Shown here: in pieces, positions 18,252 through 28,013 of the stretch
Numbering within the stretch: the stretch's first letter is position 1
How the letters are laid out: every line of letters begins with the position of its first letter
Assembly: GCA_964387845.1 (NCBI GenBank)
Contig: CAYLXA010000006.1
Span: 1 to 64,000 of the forward strand
DNA length: 64,000 nucleotides
DNA from: an uncultured bacterium
GTDB lineage: Bacteria; Omnitrophota; Omnitrophia; Omnitrophales; Abzuiibacteriaceae
Direction: 5' to 3'
The notes under the pieces: generated by a model
What the model was told of the DNA's origin: nothing
Databases searched by the model: none
What the model saw: the letters and a program-made list of their open reading frames with translations, nothing else
Program-made: the position numbers and the translations under genes

Positions 18252-18956
18252 ATGTTTTCGCTGATTATTCCCACTTACAATGAACGTGAAAATATCCTTT
18301 CGCTTCTGGAGCAGGTTGCTAAAGCTCTAAAAGGCAGAGAATACGAGGTTATTGTCGTCGATGATAATTCTCCCGATCAAACATGGAAAGCGGTAGAAGA
18401 ATATCAAACCACCCATCCTTGGATTCGCTTAAAGCGGCGGCTCAATAAGCGGGGGCTCAGTTCAGCTGTTTTGGAAGCGTTTGAAATAGCCAATGGGGAT
18501 ATTTTCGGCGTTATGGATGCGGACCATTCTCATGATCCCGAGCTTTTACCGAAGATGATTCATTTGATTGAAAATAAACAAGCTGATTGCGTTATCGGTT
18601 CGCGCCGAATCGCAGGCGGCGGCATTCAGGATTGGTCGTGGCATCGAAAATTTTCAAGTTTTTGCGCCACTTTTCTAGCCCATCAATTGACAGGGCTTCG
18701 CACGCAGGACCCTATGAGCGGTTTCTTTTGTATTACACGAGATACCTTTTTGAGTGTATCCGAAAAAGTGAAGGCAAAAGGCTATAAAATACTGTTAGAA
18801 ATTTTGGCCAAAGCGAGAGGGATACGTGTTGTAGAAGTTCCGTATATTTTTAAAGATCGTAAGCAGGGTAGAAGCAAATTATCACCGGTAGTTATCATGC
18901 AGTATCTTCAACAGGTCGCAGATCTGTTCTTCTATCGCGCCCGAAATAGCGCTTAA
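18252..18956 (+). CDS. GT2-family polyprenyl-phosphate glycosyltransferase (Dpm1/ArnC-like)
   Basis: 'LIIPTYNEREN', 'VIVVDDNSPDQT', DAD/DxSH motifs; ~230 aa soluble GT2. Confidence 0.75.
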   Translation: MFSLIIPTYNERENILSLLEQVAKALKGREYEVIVVDDNSPDQTWKAVEEYQTTHPWIRLKRRLNKRGLSSAVLEAFEIANGDIFGVMDADHSHDPELLPKMIHLIENKQADCVIGSRRIAGGGIQDWSWHRKFSSFCATFLAHQLTGLRTQDPMSGFFCITRDTFLSVSEKVKAKGYKILLEILAKARGIRVVEVPYIFKDRKQGRSKLSPVVIMQYLQQVADLFFYRARNSA

Positions 18957-18975
18957 TTCATAGGAATTTTTACAT

Positions 18976-20979
18976 ATGTGCGGTTTTAGCGGTATTGTTG
19001 ATTTTAAAAGCAGCCAAAATTCAGAGCTCGAGCAATGTTTGCGGGCAATGAATAAAACATTGTCACATCGCGGCCCTGATGATCATGGGTATTTTTTGGC
19101 AAGTTTTGAGGATTCCTCAAGCTTTGCTCGATTTAGCGACAACCATCCGCGTCCCGCGTCTAGCAAATCGAGTGAGTTCAATCTGGGTTTTGGCCATCAG
19201 CGGCTATCGATTATTGACCTAAGCTCAGCCGGAGCTCAGCCGATGTCATCAGCGAATCACAGGCTTTGGATCGTCTACAACGGAGAAATTTTCAATTTTG
19301 TCGAGATTCGAGAGGAATTGAAGGCGCAAGGCGTTGTTTTTCAAAGCCAATCCGATACGGAAGTGATTTTGCACGCTTACGAACGTTGGGGCAAGGATTG
19401 TTTAGAGCGTTTTAATGGTATGTGGGCTTTTGCGATTTTTGACCGTCAGAAAAAAGAAATTTTCTGCGCCAGGGACCGGTTCGGTATAAAGCCGTTTTAT
19501 TACTATTTGGATTCCCGTTATTTTATTTTTGCCTCCGAACTGAAAGCAATTTTGCAGCATCCGCATGTACGGAAAGCGCCGAACGACCGTATGGTGTTTG
19601 ATTTTTTAATTTATGGGTACCAGGACCATACCGAAGAAACTCTTTTTCATAATTTGAAACAATTAATGCCGGCGCACCACATGACCATTGATCGCCAGGG
19701 GAAACCGGTCATAAAGCGCTGGTGGGATATCCGGGTAGCACAAGATAAACAATCCGATTCTCATACGCTTAATTTTGATGAGTCGGCAGACACTTTCCGT
19801 GATTTGTTCGAAGACTCGGTCCGCATCCGGCTGCGCAGTGATGTGCCGGTCGGTATATCGCTCAGCGGGGGTTTGGATTCCTCCGCCATTGCACAAGTCG
19901 TAACCAATCTCGGGAGGAAAAAAAGCGATGCAAGGAACATTTACCGTTCTTTGACTTTCAGTGCTTGTTATGAAGAGGCCGGCTTTGATGATCGCGCGTT
20001 TGTGGAAGAAGCTCTCAAAACGTTGGATGCGGAATCGTTTTACATCTTTCCGAAAGCTCAGGATCTTTGGGATGAAATCGAGAAGATGACCTGGATAATG
20101 GATGAGCCGTTTCATTCAAGCAATCAATTTGCACAGTGGAGCGTTATGAAATTGGCGGCACAGCATAAAATCAAGGTGCTGCTCAGCGGGCAAGGTTCTG
20201 ATGAGTATTTGGCAGGCTACCGAGGATACAATAGTGTGTGGTTGGCGGAGTTGCTGAAAAGAGGAAGCTGGAATCAGGCGTTCGAAGAAATGAATCAAAT
20301 ATGCGCTCACCAAGACGGCATCAAGAAAACATCCCTTTTTTTACGCGTTTTGTTTGGAATCATGCCTCGAATGTTCTTAAATTTGGTGCAACCGGTTGAA
20401 CGTTTGATTGGTAAAACTCCGAAAGGGCACGATGTTAGTTTGTTCAATCCGGATTTTGTGAACCGCTTTGCAGGCCAACACCAGGCTTACTGGCAGAATC
20501 GGCACAAGGAACTAGCTCATTTAAATCAAAAGCTATACCGAGATGTATTCCAATACAGTTTGCCGCTTTTGCTGCATTACGAGGACAGAAACGGTATGGC
20601 ATTTTCCATTGAAGCCAGATATCCTTTTCTGGATCATCGGTTGCTTGAATTTGCGTTTTCATTGCCGCCCGAGCTTAAAATTCACGAAGGGCGTAACAAG
20701 TGGATGCTTCGAAAATCAATGCAAGGAATCTTGCCTGAAAGAATCCGTGATCGAAAGGATAAAAAGGGGTTTGTGACCCCGGAAACCGCATGGCTGCAGA
20801 ACGGTCTAGATAAGATAAAGCCGTTGTTTAAAGATTCAAAATTAAAATCAAATGCTTACACCAATGTTAAGAAGGTTTTTAATCATTTAGATAAAATGGG
20901 CGCTAATGCCCGGTATAGCCATCAGACAGATTTGTGGCGTGTCATTAACCTCGAAATTTGGCTCCAAAAGTTCTTTTAA
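18976..20979 (+). CDS. asparagine synthase (glutamine-hydrolysing) family amidotransferase (AsnB/WbpS-like)
   Basis: N-terminal 'MCGF' Ntn catalytic Cys and 'SLSGGLDSS' PP-loop; 667 aa. Confidence 0.85.
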   Translation: MCGFSGIVDFKSSQNSELEQCLRAMNKTLSHRGPDDHGYFLASFEDSSSFARFSDNHPRPASSKSSEFNLGFGHQRLSIIDLSSAGAQPMSSANHRLWIVYNGEIFNFVEIREELKAQGVVFQSQSDTEVILHAYERWGKDCLERFNGMWAFAIFDRQKKEIFCARDRFGIKPFYYYLDSRYFIFASELKAILQHPHVRKAPNDRMVFDFLIYGYQDHTEETLFHNLKQLMPAHHMTIDRQGKPVIKRWWDIRVAQDKQSDSHTLNFDESADTFRDLFEDSVRIRLRSDVPVGISLSGGLDSSAIAQVVTNLGRKKSDARNIYRSLTFSACYEEAGFDDRAFVEEALKTLDAESFYIFPKAQDLWDEIEKMTWIMDEPFHSSNQFAQWSVMKLAAQHKIKVLLSGQGSDEYLAGYRGYNSVWLAELLKRGSWNQAFEEMNQICAHQDGIKKTSLFLRVLFGIMPRMFLNLVQPVERLIGKTPKGHDVSLFNPDFVNRFAGQHQAYWQNRHKELAHLNQKLYRDVFQYSLPLLLHYEDRNGMAFSIEARYPFLDHRLLEFAFSLPPELKIHEGRNKWMLRKSMQGILPERIRDRKDKKGFVTPETAWLQNGLDKIKPLFKDSKLKSNAYTNVKKVFNHLDKMGANARYSHQTDLWRVINLEIWLQKFF

Positions 20980-21150
20980 CTCCTAATCTCTCCCCAGAAC
21001 GTTAAATTGATTGTTCGAAACCTGCTTTCACGGTATAATTCGCTTTAACTTATTGCTATCGCTTATGATAAACAATGTCCACCTTCTTCATTTGAGGGTC
21101 GAATAATCATCTTTCTCTCACTTTATTAACAGAGCCAAAATTCTGAAAAA

Positions 21151-23034
21151 ATGACCAAAAAAGGAATTCTCATATGTAACGACGCGGTCCTTATCGCCTT
21201 TGCCTATTATCTGTCCTATTTTCTTAGGCTTGACTGCAGTTATCCGGCCCAGTACATCGATTTCATTTATAAAACACTTCCCATTATCGTTTCTATCAAA
21301 ATTATCACCTTTTTCTTTGTCGGAATGTATAAACCGGTTTGGCGCTATGCCAGTATCAGTGCGGTTTTGCTGACGATATCGGCCGTTCTTCTGTCTTCAC
21401 TTGTGGCTGTCTTTGCTCTTTATATTGCCGATTTAAGAGCGCCCCGGTCTATTCTAATTCTGGACCTCATCCTAACGTTTATGCTCGTTGGCTTGTCGCG
21501 GCTTATGGTCAGGCTATTCAAAGACTACGCGGTCAAGCTGTCAAAAACCAGAAATGAGGCCAAAGATCAAGCGCAGAAAAGAATTTTGATATATGGTGCG
21601 GGGGATGCGGGGGAGCTTGTGCTGCGAGAACTGAAGTCGAATCAACGCACTTGGCATGTCGAAGTTGTTGGCTTTATTGATGACAATAAGAGCAAAGGAT
21701 CTCGCATTCACAATGTTCCTATTTTAGGCAATATCGATGACTGTGACCATATTGTTGATCGTTATCATGTAGAAGAGCTGATTGTTGCGATATCATCGCT
21801 TCCCGGCGAGAAAATGCGTCATTTGGTTGAACGATGCGGACGGCTCGGCGTCCGGTTCAAGGCGATCCCTAGAATCGGAGATATTGTTGATGGAAAAATT
21901 AAAATGAGCCAATTGCGCGACATTGAAATCGGCGATCTTCTAAAGCGTGATCCTAAAAATTTAGATTGGGATTTGATTAAAAAATTCATTAAAAACAAGC
22001 GGGTTTTTGTTTCGGGCGCGGGCGGGTCTATCGGAAGTGAGTTGTGTCTTCAAATTGCGGAATGCAGTCCTGCAAAATTAATCCTGGTAGAGAATTCCGA
22101 ATTTAATCTTTATTCAATCCAAACCAAGTTATCGGATCGTTGGCCAAAACTTCAAATCTCGAGTTATCTTACCAGCGTTACGGATCAAGCCAAAATCGAC
22201 AACGTTATTTCCGAGTCCCGGCCTGAAATCATTTTTCACGCCGCTGCGTACAAACATGTCCCGATTTGTGAAGAGAATATTTGTGTTTCTGTGTTAAACA
22301 ATGTGGGCGGCACTATTAATCTTGCCCGCTCTGCGGATCGGCATGGTGTCGGCCAGTTTGTTTTCATATCGACGGATAAGGCGGTTAATCCCAAAAGCAT
22401 TATGGGGCAAACTAAAAAGCTCGGTGAATTATTTGCCTACAATCTGGACCGCAGAAGCAAAACCAGCTTTATGATTGTCAGGTTTGGAAATGTGCTCAAA
22501 AGTTCCGGCAGTGTTTTAACCCGCTTCCGGGAGCAGGTTCTAAAAGGCGGGCCCGTAACAGTAACGCACCCCGATGCAACGCGGTACTTTATGCTGATTG
22601 ACGAAGCCGTCAAATTGATTTTACAAGCCGCATCTATTGGTAAGGGCGGTGAAACTTTCGTGCTGGATATGGGCTCTCCGGTTAAAGTGGTCGATATGGC
22701 GCGGGAACTGATTACAACCATGGGATTTCGGCCCGACAAGGATATTAAAATAGAATTTACGGCGCTCCGGCCCGGCGAAAAAATTCATGAAGAATTGTTC
22801 GAAGATATTCATCTCATGGACTCAATTCATGAAAGTATTTTTATGAGTAAGAACGATGTCCTGGATTGGGAAGAATTAAATGCTTCGCTAGAACAATTAC
22901 TGCTTCATGCGAGCCGTCATCAGCCTGAATTAGCACAAAAAAGCCTTGAGCGTATTTGTCAATTGCCCGCATTGACTGCGCGCCAAAATAATACATCTTC
23001 TGTTCTAGCTAGAAACATTAATGCGCGTCTCTAA
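21151..23034 (+). CDS. membrane-anchored UDP-HexNAc 4,6-dehydratase (CapD/WbpM/PglF family)
   Basis: N-terminal TM helices and two Rossmann motifs: 'ILIYGAGDAGE' and 'VFVSGAGGSIGSEL'; ~630 aa. Confidence 0.85.
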   Translation: MTKKGILICNDAVLIAFAYYLSYFLRLDCSYPAQYIDFIYKTLPIIVSIKIITFFFVGMYKPVWRYASISAVLLTISAVLLSSLVAVFALYIADLRAPRSILILDLILTFMLVGLSRLMVRLFKDYAVKLSKTRNEAKDQAQKRILIYGAGDAGELVLRELKSNQRTWHVEVVGFIDDNKSKGSRIHNVPILGNIDDCDHIVDRYHVEELIVAISSLPGEKMRHLVERCGRLGVRFKAIPRIGDIVDGKIKMSQLRDIEIGDLLKRDPKNLDWDLIKKFIKNKRVFVSGAGGSIGSELCLQIAECSPAKLILVENSEFNLYSIQTKLSDRWPKLQISSYLTSVTDQAKIDNVISESRPEIIFHAAAYKHVPICEENICVSVLNNVGGTINLARSADRHGVGQFVFISTDKAVNPKSIMGQTKKLGELFAYNLDRRSKTSFMIVRFGNVLKSSGSVLTRFREQVLKGGPVTVTHPDATRYFMLIDEAVKLILQAASIGKGGETFVLDMGSPVKVVDMARELITTMGFRPDKDIKIEFTALRPGEKIHEELFEDIHLMDSIHESIFMSKNDVLDWEELNASLEQLLLHASRHQPELAQKSLERICQLPALTARQNNTSSVLARNINARL

Positions 23035-23043
23035 GTTATCGCA

Positions 23044-25575
23044 ATGAATTTGAAGAAAGCCGGATTGCTTGTTTATTGCATTTTCTTTGCTTGCCTACCG
23101 CTTTCAATTTCTCTATCGGAAGCTTGTGTAGTATCCATCTTAATTCTTTTAGTGCTTGATCAAGCTTTTCAATTCCAAAAGGAAAAAACACAAACAGCCG
23201 GCTGCCCGGGAGAAAGCAGTTTGCTGCATAAAACACCGGTTGATTTATACGTTGTTTTGTTTTTATTCTTCTTCTCGCTATCCTTTCTTGTTACTTGGCT
23301 TCAAACCCCGGAAAATTTCGATCTTAGTTTTCGCGGCTTTTTGAAAGTATTGAAATGGTTCATTATTTTTTACGGTGTTGTCCGGTTTATTAATGATCCC
23401 CCTAAAATCAAACTCGTCAGCTATGTGATTTTATTGGTGGTTTCCGTTATTGTCTTGAACGGTATTGTTCAATTGATTTATGGCCGCGATTTATTGATGG
23501 GGTATTCGGCAACAGCGCCTTTTAAACTGCCCAGAGTCAGGTCTTCATTTTCAAGCGATAACGGATTTGCTACTTATTTAATGATGACGGTGCCTTTTGC
23601 GGTATTGAGCGGTTACATGTTCATGAAAACGGTAAAGAATGCCTGGGGCCGGCGGGCAATCCGTTTATTGATGTGGATATTTATCGCACTTGCTTTAATT
23701 TGTTTTTCGCAGACGCGGACGAGAGGCGCATGGATTGCCTCTATTTTTGGATTGCTTAGCTTGTTCTTCGTTTATCGGCCTAAGAAGAGCACTTCTTTTT
23801 TGATCGTGCTTACCATTTCGAGTATTTGCCTGATGCCTATTTTATTAAATGGAATCGTTAATAACCTCCATATTGATCATTCAACCGGTGTGATGAGATT
23901 TTATTTTGATGAGGATATTTTCACATACGCAAAAAAGGATTTTGGGCGTTTAAAATTGTGGATGGAAGCTCTTGCGATCGCGTCGGATCATTATTGGTTC
24001 GGCACAGGACCAAACACATATGCAAAGATTGCGGTTAATTTTAAATCCTTCGAATATGGCGGTATTTATCCGCATAATTCGTACTTAAAGCTGTTTGTTG
24101 AAATTGGCTTTTTGGCGTTCTTAGCTTTCGCAGCGCTTTTAGCCAGTATTTTGTACGTTGTGATCCGGTCCATTAAGCATTTTCGTAATCATCAAAGCGA
24201 CCTGGTTATTCTTCAGGCCGGTGTATTGATTGCCATTACTTCCTTTATGGCAAAATCATTTGTGGATACCGAAATAGAATCGCTAAAGAGAGTTTATCTG
24301 TTTTGGCTTTTTTCGGGATTGGGTTTCTCAATTTCCCGGCAGCTGTTGATGGACCGGTTTCGAATGCGGTTTTTAGCATCTAAAGATATCGTTTCGGTAT
24401 TGCATATCGGCAATCAGCAATCCATTCGCCGCTTAATCGGCATGAATATGGAGCATCAAGCAAAGTCCGGTTATCAGGTTATGGCGCTTACATCGTCAAA
24501 GGCGCCGTATTCTGAAGTCAGGGGGGTTCCGGTTAAGACAATTTTGTTTGAAGAGCAGTCGATCCGCCCAGTCCGGGATTTCTTTGAATTGATACGGCTT
24601 GTGAAAGCTATAGTTTCATTTTCGCCCGACATTGTTCATACGCATAGTGTTAAATTCGGGATTTTCGGCCGCCTGGCCGCACGGATAGCTTGCGTTTCTT
24701 ATGTGATTCATACGGCACACGGAATTTATAGGCCTCACGATGTTAATCCAACCAAACGGTTCCTGATTGACGGTTTGGAAAAAATCGCGGGGTATTTATG
24801 CGATGCAGTTTTGTTTGTGAGCCGTTTTGATTTATCGGCATACGTTAATCAAAAAATTGTCAGCCGGTCGAAAGCGTCATGGATTGGCAACGGGATTGAT
24901 CTCAACCGTTTTAACCCCGCAGCCTATGATCGTGACGAAATTGCGCAAAAGCGGAAAGAGATTGGCGTGCAAGACAATCAATTTTTAATCGGGCTCGTGG
25001 CGCGTCTTGTCAAGGACAAGGGTTGTGAGGAATTTTTTGAAGCTGCCCGCATCATTTCAGCACAGCATCCAAACGTGAAGTTTTTGGTGGTAACTTTGAG
25101 TTACTCGAGAAATGACAGTATTTCAGAAAAAATTGTTGAACAGCATGGATTAAGCGAGAAGGTGATTTTCCTACGCGACAGAGACGACATGCCGATCTTG
25201 TATCTGGCCATGGATTTGCTGGTGCATCCTTCGTGGCGCGAAGGTTTTCCGCGCTCTCTCATGGAAGCTTCCGCAATGGGCACGCCGTGTGTGGTAAGCG
25301 ATATCAGCGGCAATCAGAATGTCATAGAAAATGATGTTACGGGTTTGATGTTTGAAGTAAAAAATGCTCAAGAAATGTCGCAGAAAATCAATTGGGCAAT
25401 GGCTCATCCGCAGGCGATGAAATCTATGGCATTTAGAGCGCAGGAAAGGGCCAAGCAAGATTTTGATCAGCAGAAAATGTTCCAGCGAATTGATATCGCC
25501 TACGAGAAGAATCTTTCTGGCGCGGAATTTAATGAATCGTTGTGTCCGGAAGTTTATGAGTTGGCAAGCCGTTAA
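23044..25575 (+). CDS. fusion protein: N-terminal O-antigen ligase/Wzy_C-family polytopic membrane domain plus C-terminal GT4 glycosyltransferase
   Basis: N-terminal ~430 aa is multi-TM with the Wzy_C signature 'PHNSYLKLFVEIGFLAF'. The C-terminus carries the GT4 motif 'SWREGFPRSLMEASAMGTPCVVSDISGNQNVIENDVTGL'. Confidence 0.65.
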   Translation: MNLKKAGLLVYCIFFACLPLSISLSEACVVSILILLVLDQAFQFQKEKTQTAGCPGESSLLHKTPVDLYVVLFLFFFSLSFLVTWLQTPENFDLSFRGFLKVLKWFIIFYGVVRFINDPPKIKLVSYVILLVVSVIVLNGIVQLIYGRDLLMGYSATAPFKLPRVRSSFSSDNGFATYLMMTVPFAVLSGYMFMKTVKNAWGRRAIRLLMWIFIALALICFSQTRTRGAWIASIFGLLSLFFVYRPKKSTSFLIVLTISSICLMPILLNGIVNNLHIDHSTGVMRFYFDEDIFTYAKKDFGRLKLWMEALAIASDHYWFGTGPNTYAKIAVNFKSFEYGGIYPHNSYLKLFVEIGFLAFLAFAALLASILYVVIRSIKHFRNHQSDLVILQAGVLIAITSFMAKSFVDTEIESLKRVYLFWLFSGLGFSISRQLLMDRFRMRFLASKDIVSVLHIGNQQSIRRLIGMNMEHQAKSGYQVMALTSSKAPYSEVRGVPVKTILFEEQSIRPVRDFFELIRLVKAIVSFSPDIVHTHSVKFGIFGRLAARIACVSYVIHTAHGIYRPHDVNPTKRFLIDGLEKIAGYLCDAVLFVSRFDLSAYVNQKIVSRSKASWIGNGIDLNRFNPAAYDRDEIAQKRKEIGVQDNQFLIGLVARLVKDKGCEEFFEAARIISAQHPNVKFLVVTLSYSRNDSISEKIVEQHGLSEKVIFLRDRDDMPILYLAMDLLVHPSWREGFPRSLMEASAMGTPCVVSDISGNQNVIENDVTGLMFEVKNAQEMSQKINWAMAHPQAMKSMAFRAQERAKQDFDQQKMFQRIDIAYEKNLSGAEFNESLCPEVYELASR

Positions 25576-26173
25576 AACAATTTTTGATTTTACGTTGTCT
25601 CTTTTGGCTTTAGTCGTACTATCGCCGCTTTTGCTGATTGTGTCAGCGGCTATTAAATTTGACTCAGAAGGGCCTGTCTTGTTTGTTCAAGATAGGGTCG
25701 GCCTGAACGGAAAGATTTTTAAAATTTATAAATTTAGATCCATGCTCAATAACGCACAAGATGGTTTCGGCCCCTCTGGCCGCGTGTTGACCCAAGCTGA
25801 TAACCGTATTACTAAGCTCGGAAAGTTTTTAAGGGGTTCCAGTATTGATGAAATACCGCAGTTGTGGAATGTGGTCAGGGGAGAAATGGCATTAATTGGA
25901 CCGCGGCCCGTACTTCCGGTCCAAGCAGAGCAATTCTCGGATTTTCAAAGAGAGCGCCTTCGGGTGAAGCCCGGCTTAACGGGTCTTGTGGCTGTGCGCG
26001 GCGGTTATGAGCTTTCGTGGCCGCAGCGAATCCGTTTGGATGTTTGGTATGTACGGCATCAATCTTTTGCGCTGGATTGTTACATATTTTTTAAAACAAT
26101 CGAACTGTTGATTGCCGGCCGTTCGATTTATAATTCGCAGGGAGTAAGTGAAGATTTCAAGCCCGCGAAATAA
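25556..26173 (+). CDS. small monotopic initiating phosphoglycosyltransferase (bacterial sugar transferase family, PglC/WbaP-C-terminal-like)
   Basis: ATG at 25556 (the extension from 25463 lies within the upstream CDS). Has 'RIFDF' + TM + 'GPVLF.QDRVG..GK.F...KFRSM' and 'PGLTG' motifs. Confidence 0.75.
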   Translation: MSWQAVKTIFDFTLSLLALVVLSPLLLIVSAAIKFDSEGPVLFVQDRVGLNGKIFKIYKFRSMLNNAQDGFGPSGRVLTQADNRITKLGKFLRGSSIDEIPQLWNVVRGEMALIGPRPVLPVQAEQFSDFQRERLRVKPGLTGLVAVRGGYELSWPQRIRLDVWYVRHQSFALDCYIFFKTIELLIAGRSIYNSQGVSEDFKPAK

Positions 26174-26186
26174 ATTGTGAGTTGCT

Positions 26187-27311
26187 ATGAAAAAAATTCC
26201 GTTGTCTTCGCCCGACATTACAGACCAAGAGATTGACGCCGTCGTTCGTGTTTTACGCACGTCAAGATTAAGTTTGGGGCCAGAGCTTCCTGCTTTTGAA
26301 AAGGAATTTGCAGAGTATATCGGCACTCGGTTTGCGGTTACGGTCTCAAGCGGAACCGCAGGCCTGCATTGTGTCATGAAGGCGCTCAATATCGGAGATG
26401 GTGACGAGGTAATCACAACACCGTTTAGTTTTATTGCTTCTGCGAATTGCATTTGGTTCGAACGGGCCAAGCCTGTATTTGTTGATATTGACAAGAGCAC
26501 GATGTGTATTGATGCGTCCAAAATCGAATCCGCCATTACACCGAAAACAAAAGCGATTTTGCCGGTGCATTTAATCGGCGAGTGTTGCGCTATGGATCAA
26601 ATTCAAGACATTGCGCGAAGGCACAAATTATCGATCATTGAAGATGCCTGCGAAGCTCTTGGAACCACATGGAACGGTAAAAGAGTCGGAAGTTTTGGAG
26701 ATGCTTCTGTTTTTGCTTTTTATCCGAACAAACAAATGACAACCGGAGAAGGAGGTATGATTGTAACCAACAACAGTCAAATTGCCGAAGTTTGCCGCAG
26801 CTTGCGTAATCAAGGGCGCTCGCCGGGCGACGGTTTTGTTTTTGACAGGCTTGGTTACAATTATCGGCTAAGTGATATTCAGTGCGCTTTAGGACGAATC
26901 CAGCTGCAGCGCCTTGGAAGCATGATTGAAATGAGGAGACAGGTAGCTGATTGGTATGCCGAGGAGTTGGGCGGTACACCGGATATTATTCTCCCGGAAA
27001 GTATTCACCGCTCTGAAATCTCTTGGTTTATTTTTTTGATTCGGTTGAATGCAGATTATGCTGCCGATGACCGAAATGAGATCCGAAGGCTATTGTCCGA
27101 GCAAGGCGTTGAAACAGCGGCTTATTTTCCCAATATTCATCTCCAAAGTTTTTATAAAAAAGAATTTAGTTATAAGGCCGGCGATTTTCCTGTTTGCGAA
27201 AGCACATCACAGCGGACCATTGCGCTGCCATTTTATAATCGATTAAGCAGGGAAGAAGTGCGCTATGTTGCAGATAATCTGAAGGCCGCACTTCAAAAAG
27301 TATCAATTTAA
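26187..27311 (+). CDS. DegT/DnrJ/EryC1 PLP-dependent sugar aminotransferase (PglE/WecE-like)
   Basis: 'AVTVSSGTAGLH', a PLP-Lys region 'FYPNKQMTTGEGG', and 'GYNYRLSDIQCALG'. Confidence 0.85.
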   Translation: MKKIPLSSPDITDQEIDAVVRVLRTSRLSLGPELPAFEKEFAEYIGTRFAVTVSSGTAGLHCVMKALNIGDGDEVITTPFSFIASANCIWFERAKPVFVDIDKSTMCIDASKIESAITPKTKAILPVHLIGECCAMDQIQDIARRHKLSIIEDACEALGTTWNGKRVGSFGDASVFAFYPNKQMTTGEGGMIVTNNSQIAEVCRSLRNQGRSPGDGFVFDRLGYNYRLSDIQCALGRIQLQRLGSMIEMRRQVADWYAEELGGTPDIILPESIHRSEISWFIFLIRLNADYAADDRNEIRRLLSEQGVETAAYFPNIHLQSFYKKEFSYKAGDFPVCESTSQRTIALPFYNRLSREEVRYVADNLKAALQKVSI

Positions 27312-27334
27312 TATTTAACCGAGAAAAGCGCACC

Positions 27335-28000
27335 ATGCTAAATAGCCAGAGCAATTTTGATTCTATCAATTTCCGCGATTTTCTTTCCTTAATTAAAAAG
27401 CGAAAGCATATTTTTATTGTAACGTTTGTTCTTTTATTCTCGTCCTTATATTGGTGGAAAACCGCATATTTTCCGACTTTTCGGCTTCAACAGGGAATTT
27501 TAATGCGGGACGGCTCCGGCCAAATCGTTGAACCTGATTATTTATTCAATTTGAGAAAGCATTTTTTTCAAAGCGATTGGATAGTAGCTAAAATTAATTC
27601 TAGAATTCCCGATTCAACCTTAGACCATAAAACTTTACAAAAACGGTTATTGACCAAGGTGATCCCTTTCGCCGGGCCGTCTCCCAAGCATCATCAATTG
27701 GAGCGTGGGTATATTCTAGCTCTTATTGTCGATTCGGATTCTGCCGACCTTGGAAAACTTGTTTTAAGCCACTGGATTGCTGTTCTTAAAGAAGAGTTAT
27801 TGAGAATTGATGATGAAGTCGGTTTAGATTTTAAGTTCAGTGTTGCAACCGAGCCTGTATTGATTAGAAGTCGATTTACAGAGAAGCTGGAAGCAACCGG
27901 TGTTTCGTTTGCATTAGCTTTTTTGCTTTCGATATTCACAGTCGTGAGTTTCGAAATTTTTGCCAAACATAGCGGACGATCTCAAAATTTGAATTCCTAG
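27335..28000 (+). CDS. short Wzz-like (polysaccharide co-polymerase N-terminal domain) membrane protein
   Basis: 'INFRDFLSLIKKRKHIFIVTFVLLF' resembles the Wzz N-terminal motif/TM; second TM at the C-terminus; lacks the long periplasmic coiled coil. Confidence 0.35.
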   Translation: MLNSQSNFDSINFRDFLSLIKKRKHIFIVTFVLLFSSLYWWKTAYFPTFRLQQGILMRDGSGQIVEPDYLFNLRKHFFQSDWIVAKINSRIPDSTLDHKTLQKRLLTKVIPFAGPSPKHHQLERGYILALIVDSDSADLGKLVLSHWIAVLKEELLRIDDEVGLDFKFSVATEPVLIRSRFTEKLEATGVSFALAFLLSIFTVVSFEIFAKHSGRSQNLNS

Positions 28001-28013
28001 CGCCCCTGCGGTT

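Noticed and set aside
21007-21039. TTGATT ... TATAAT promoter-like hexamers upstream of the CapD/PglF-like gene
   Set aside because: Spacer is 21 nt (or 14 nt with the alternative −35), far from the 17±1 optimum. It could still be a promoter in this lineage but is not supportable.
25463-25555. Upstream extension of the sugar-transferase ORF (from 25463)
   Set aside because: It overlaps the 3' end of the ligase-GT4 fusion CDS. The conserved family N-terminus begins at the ATG at 25556.
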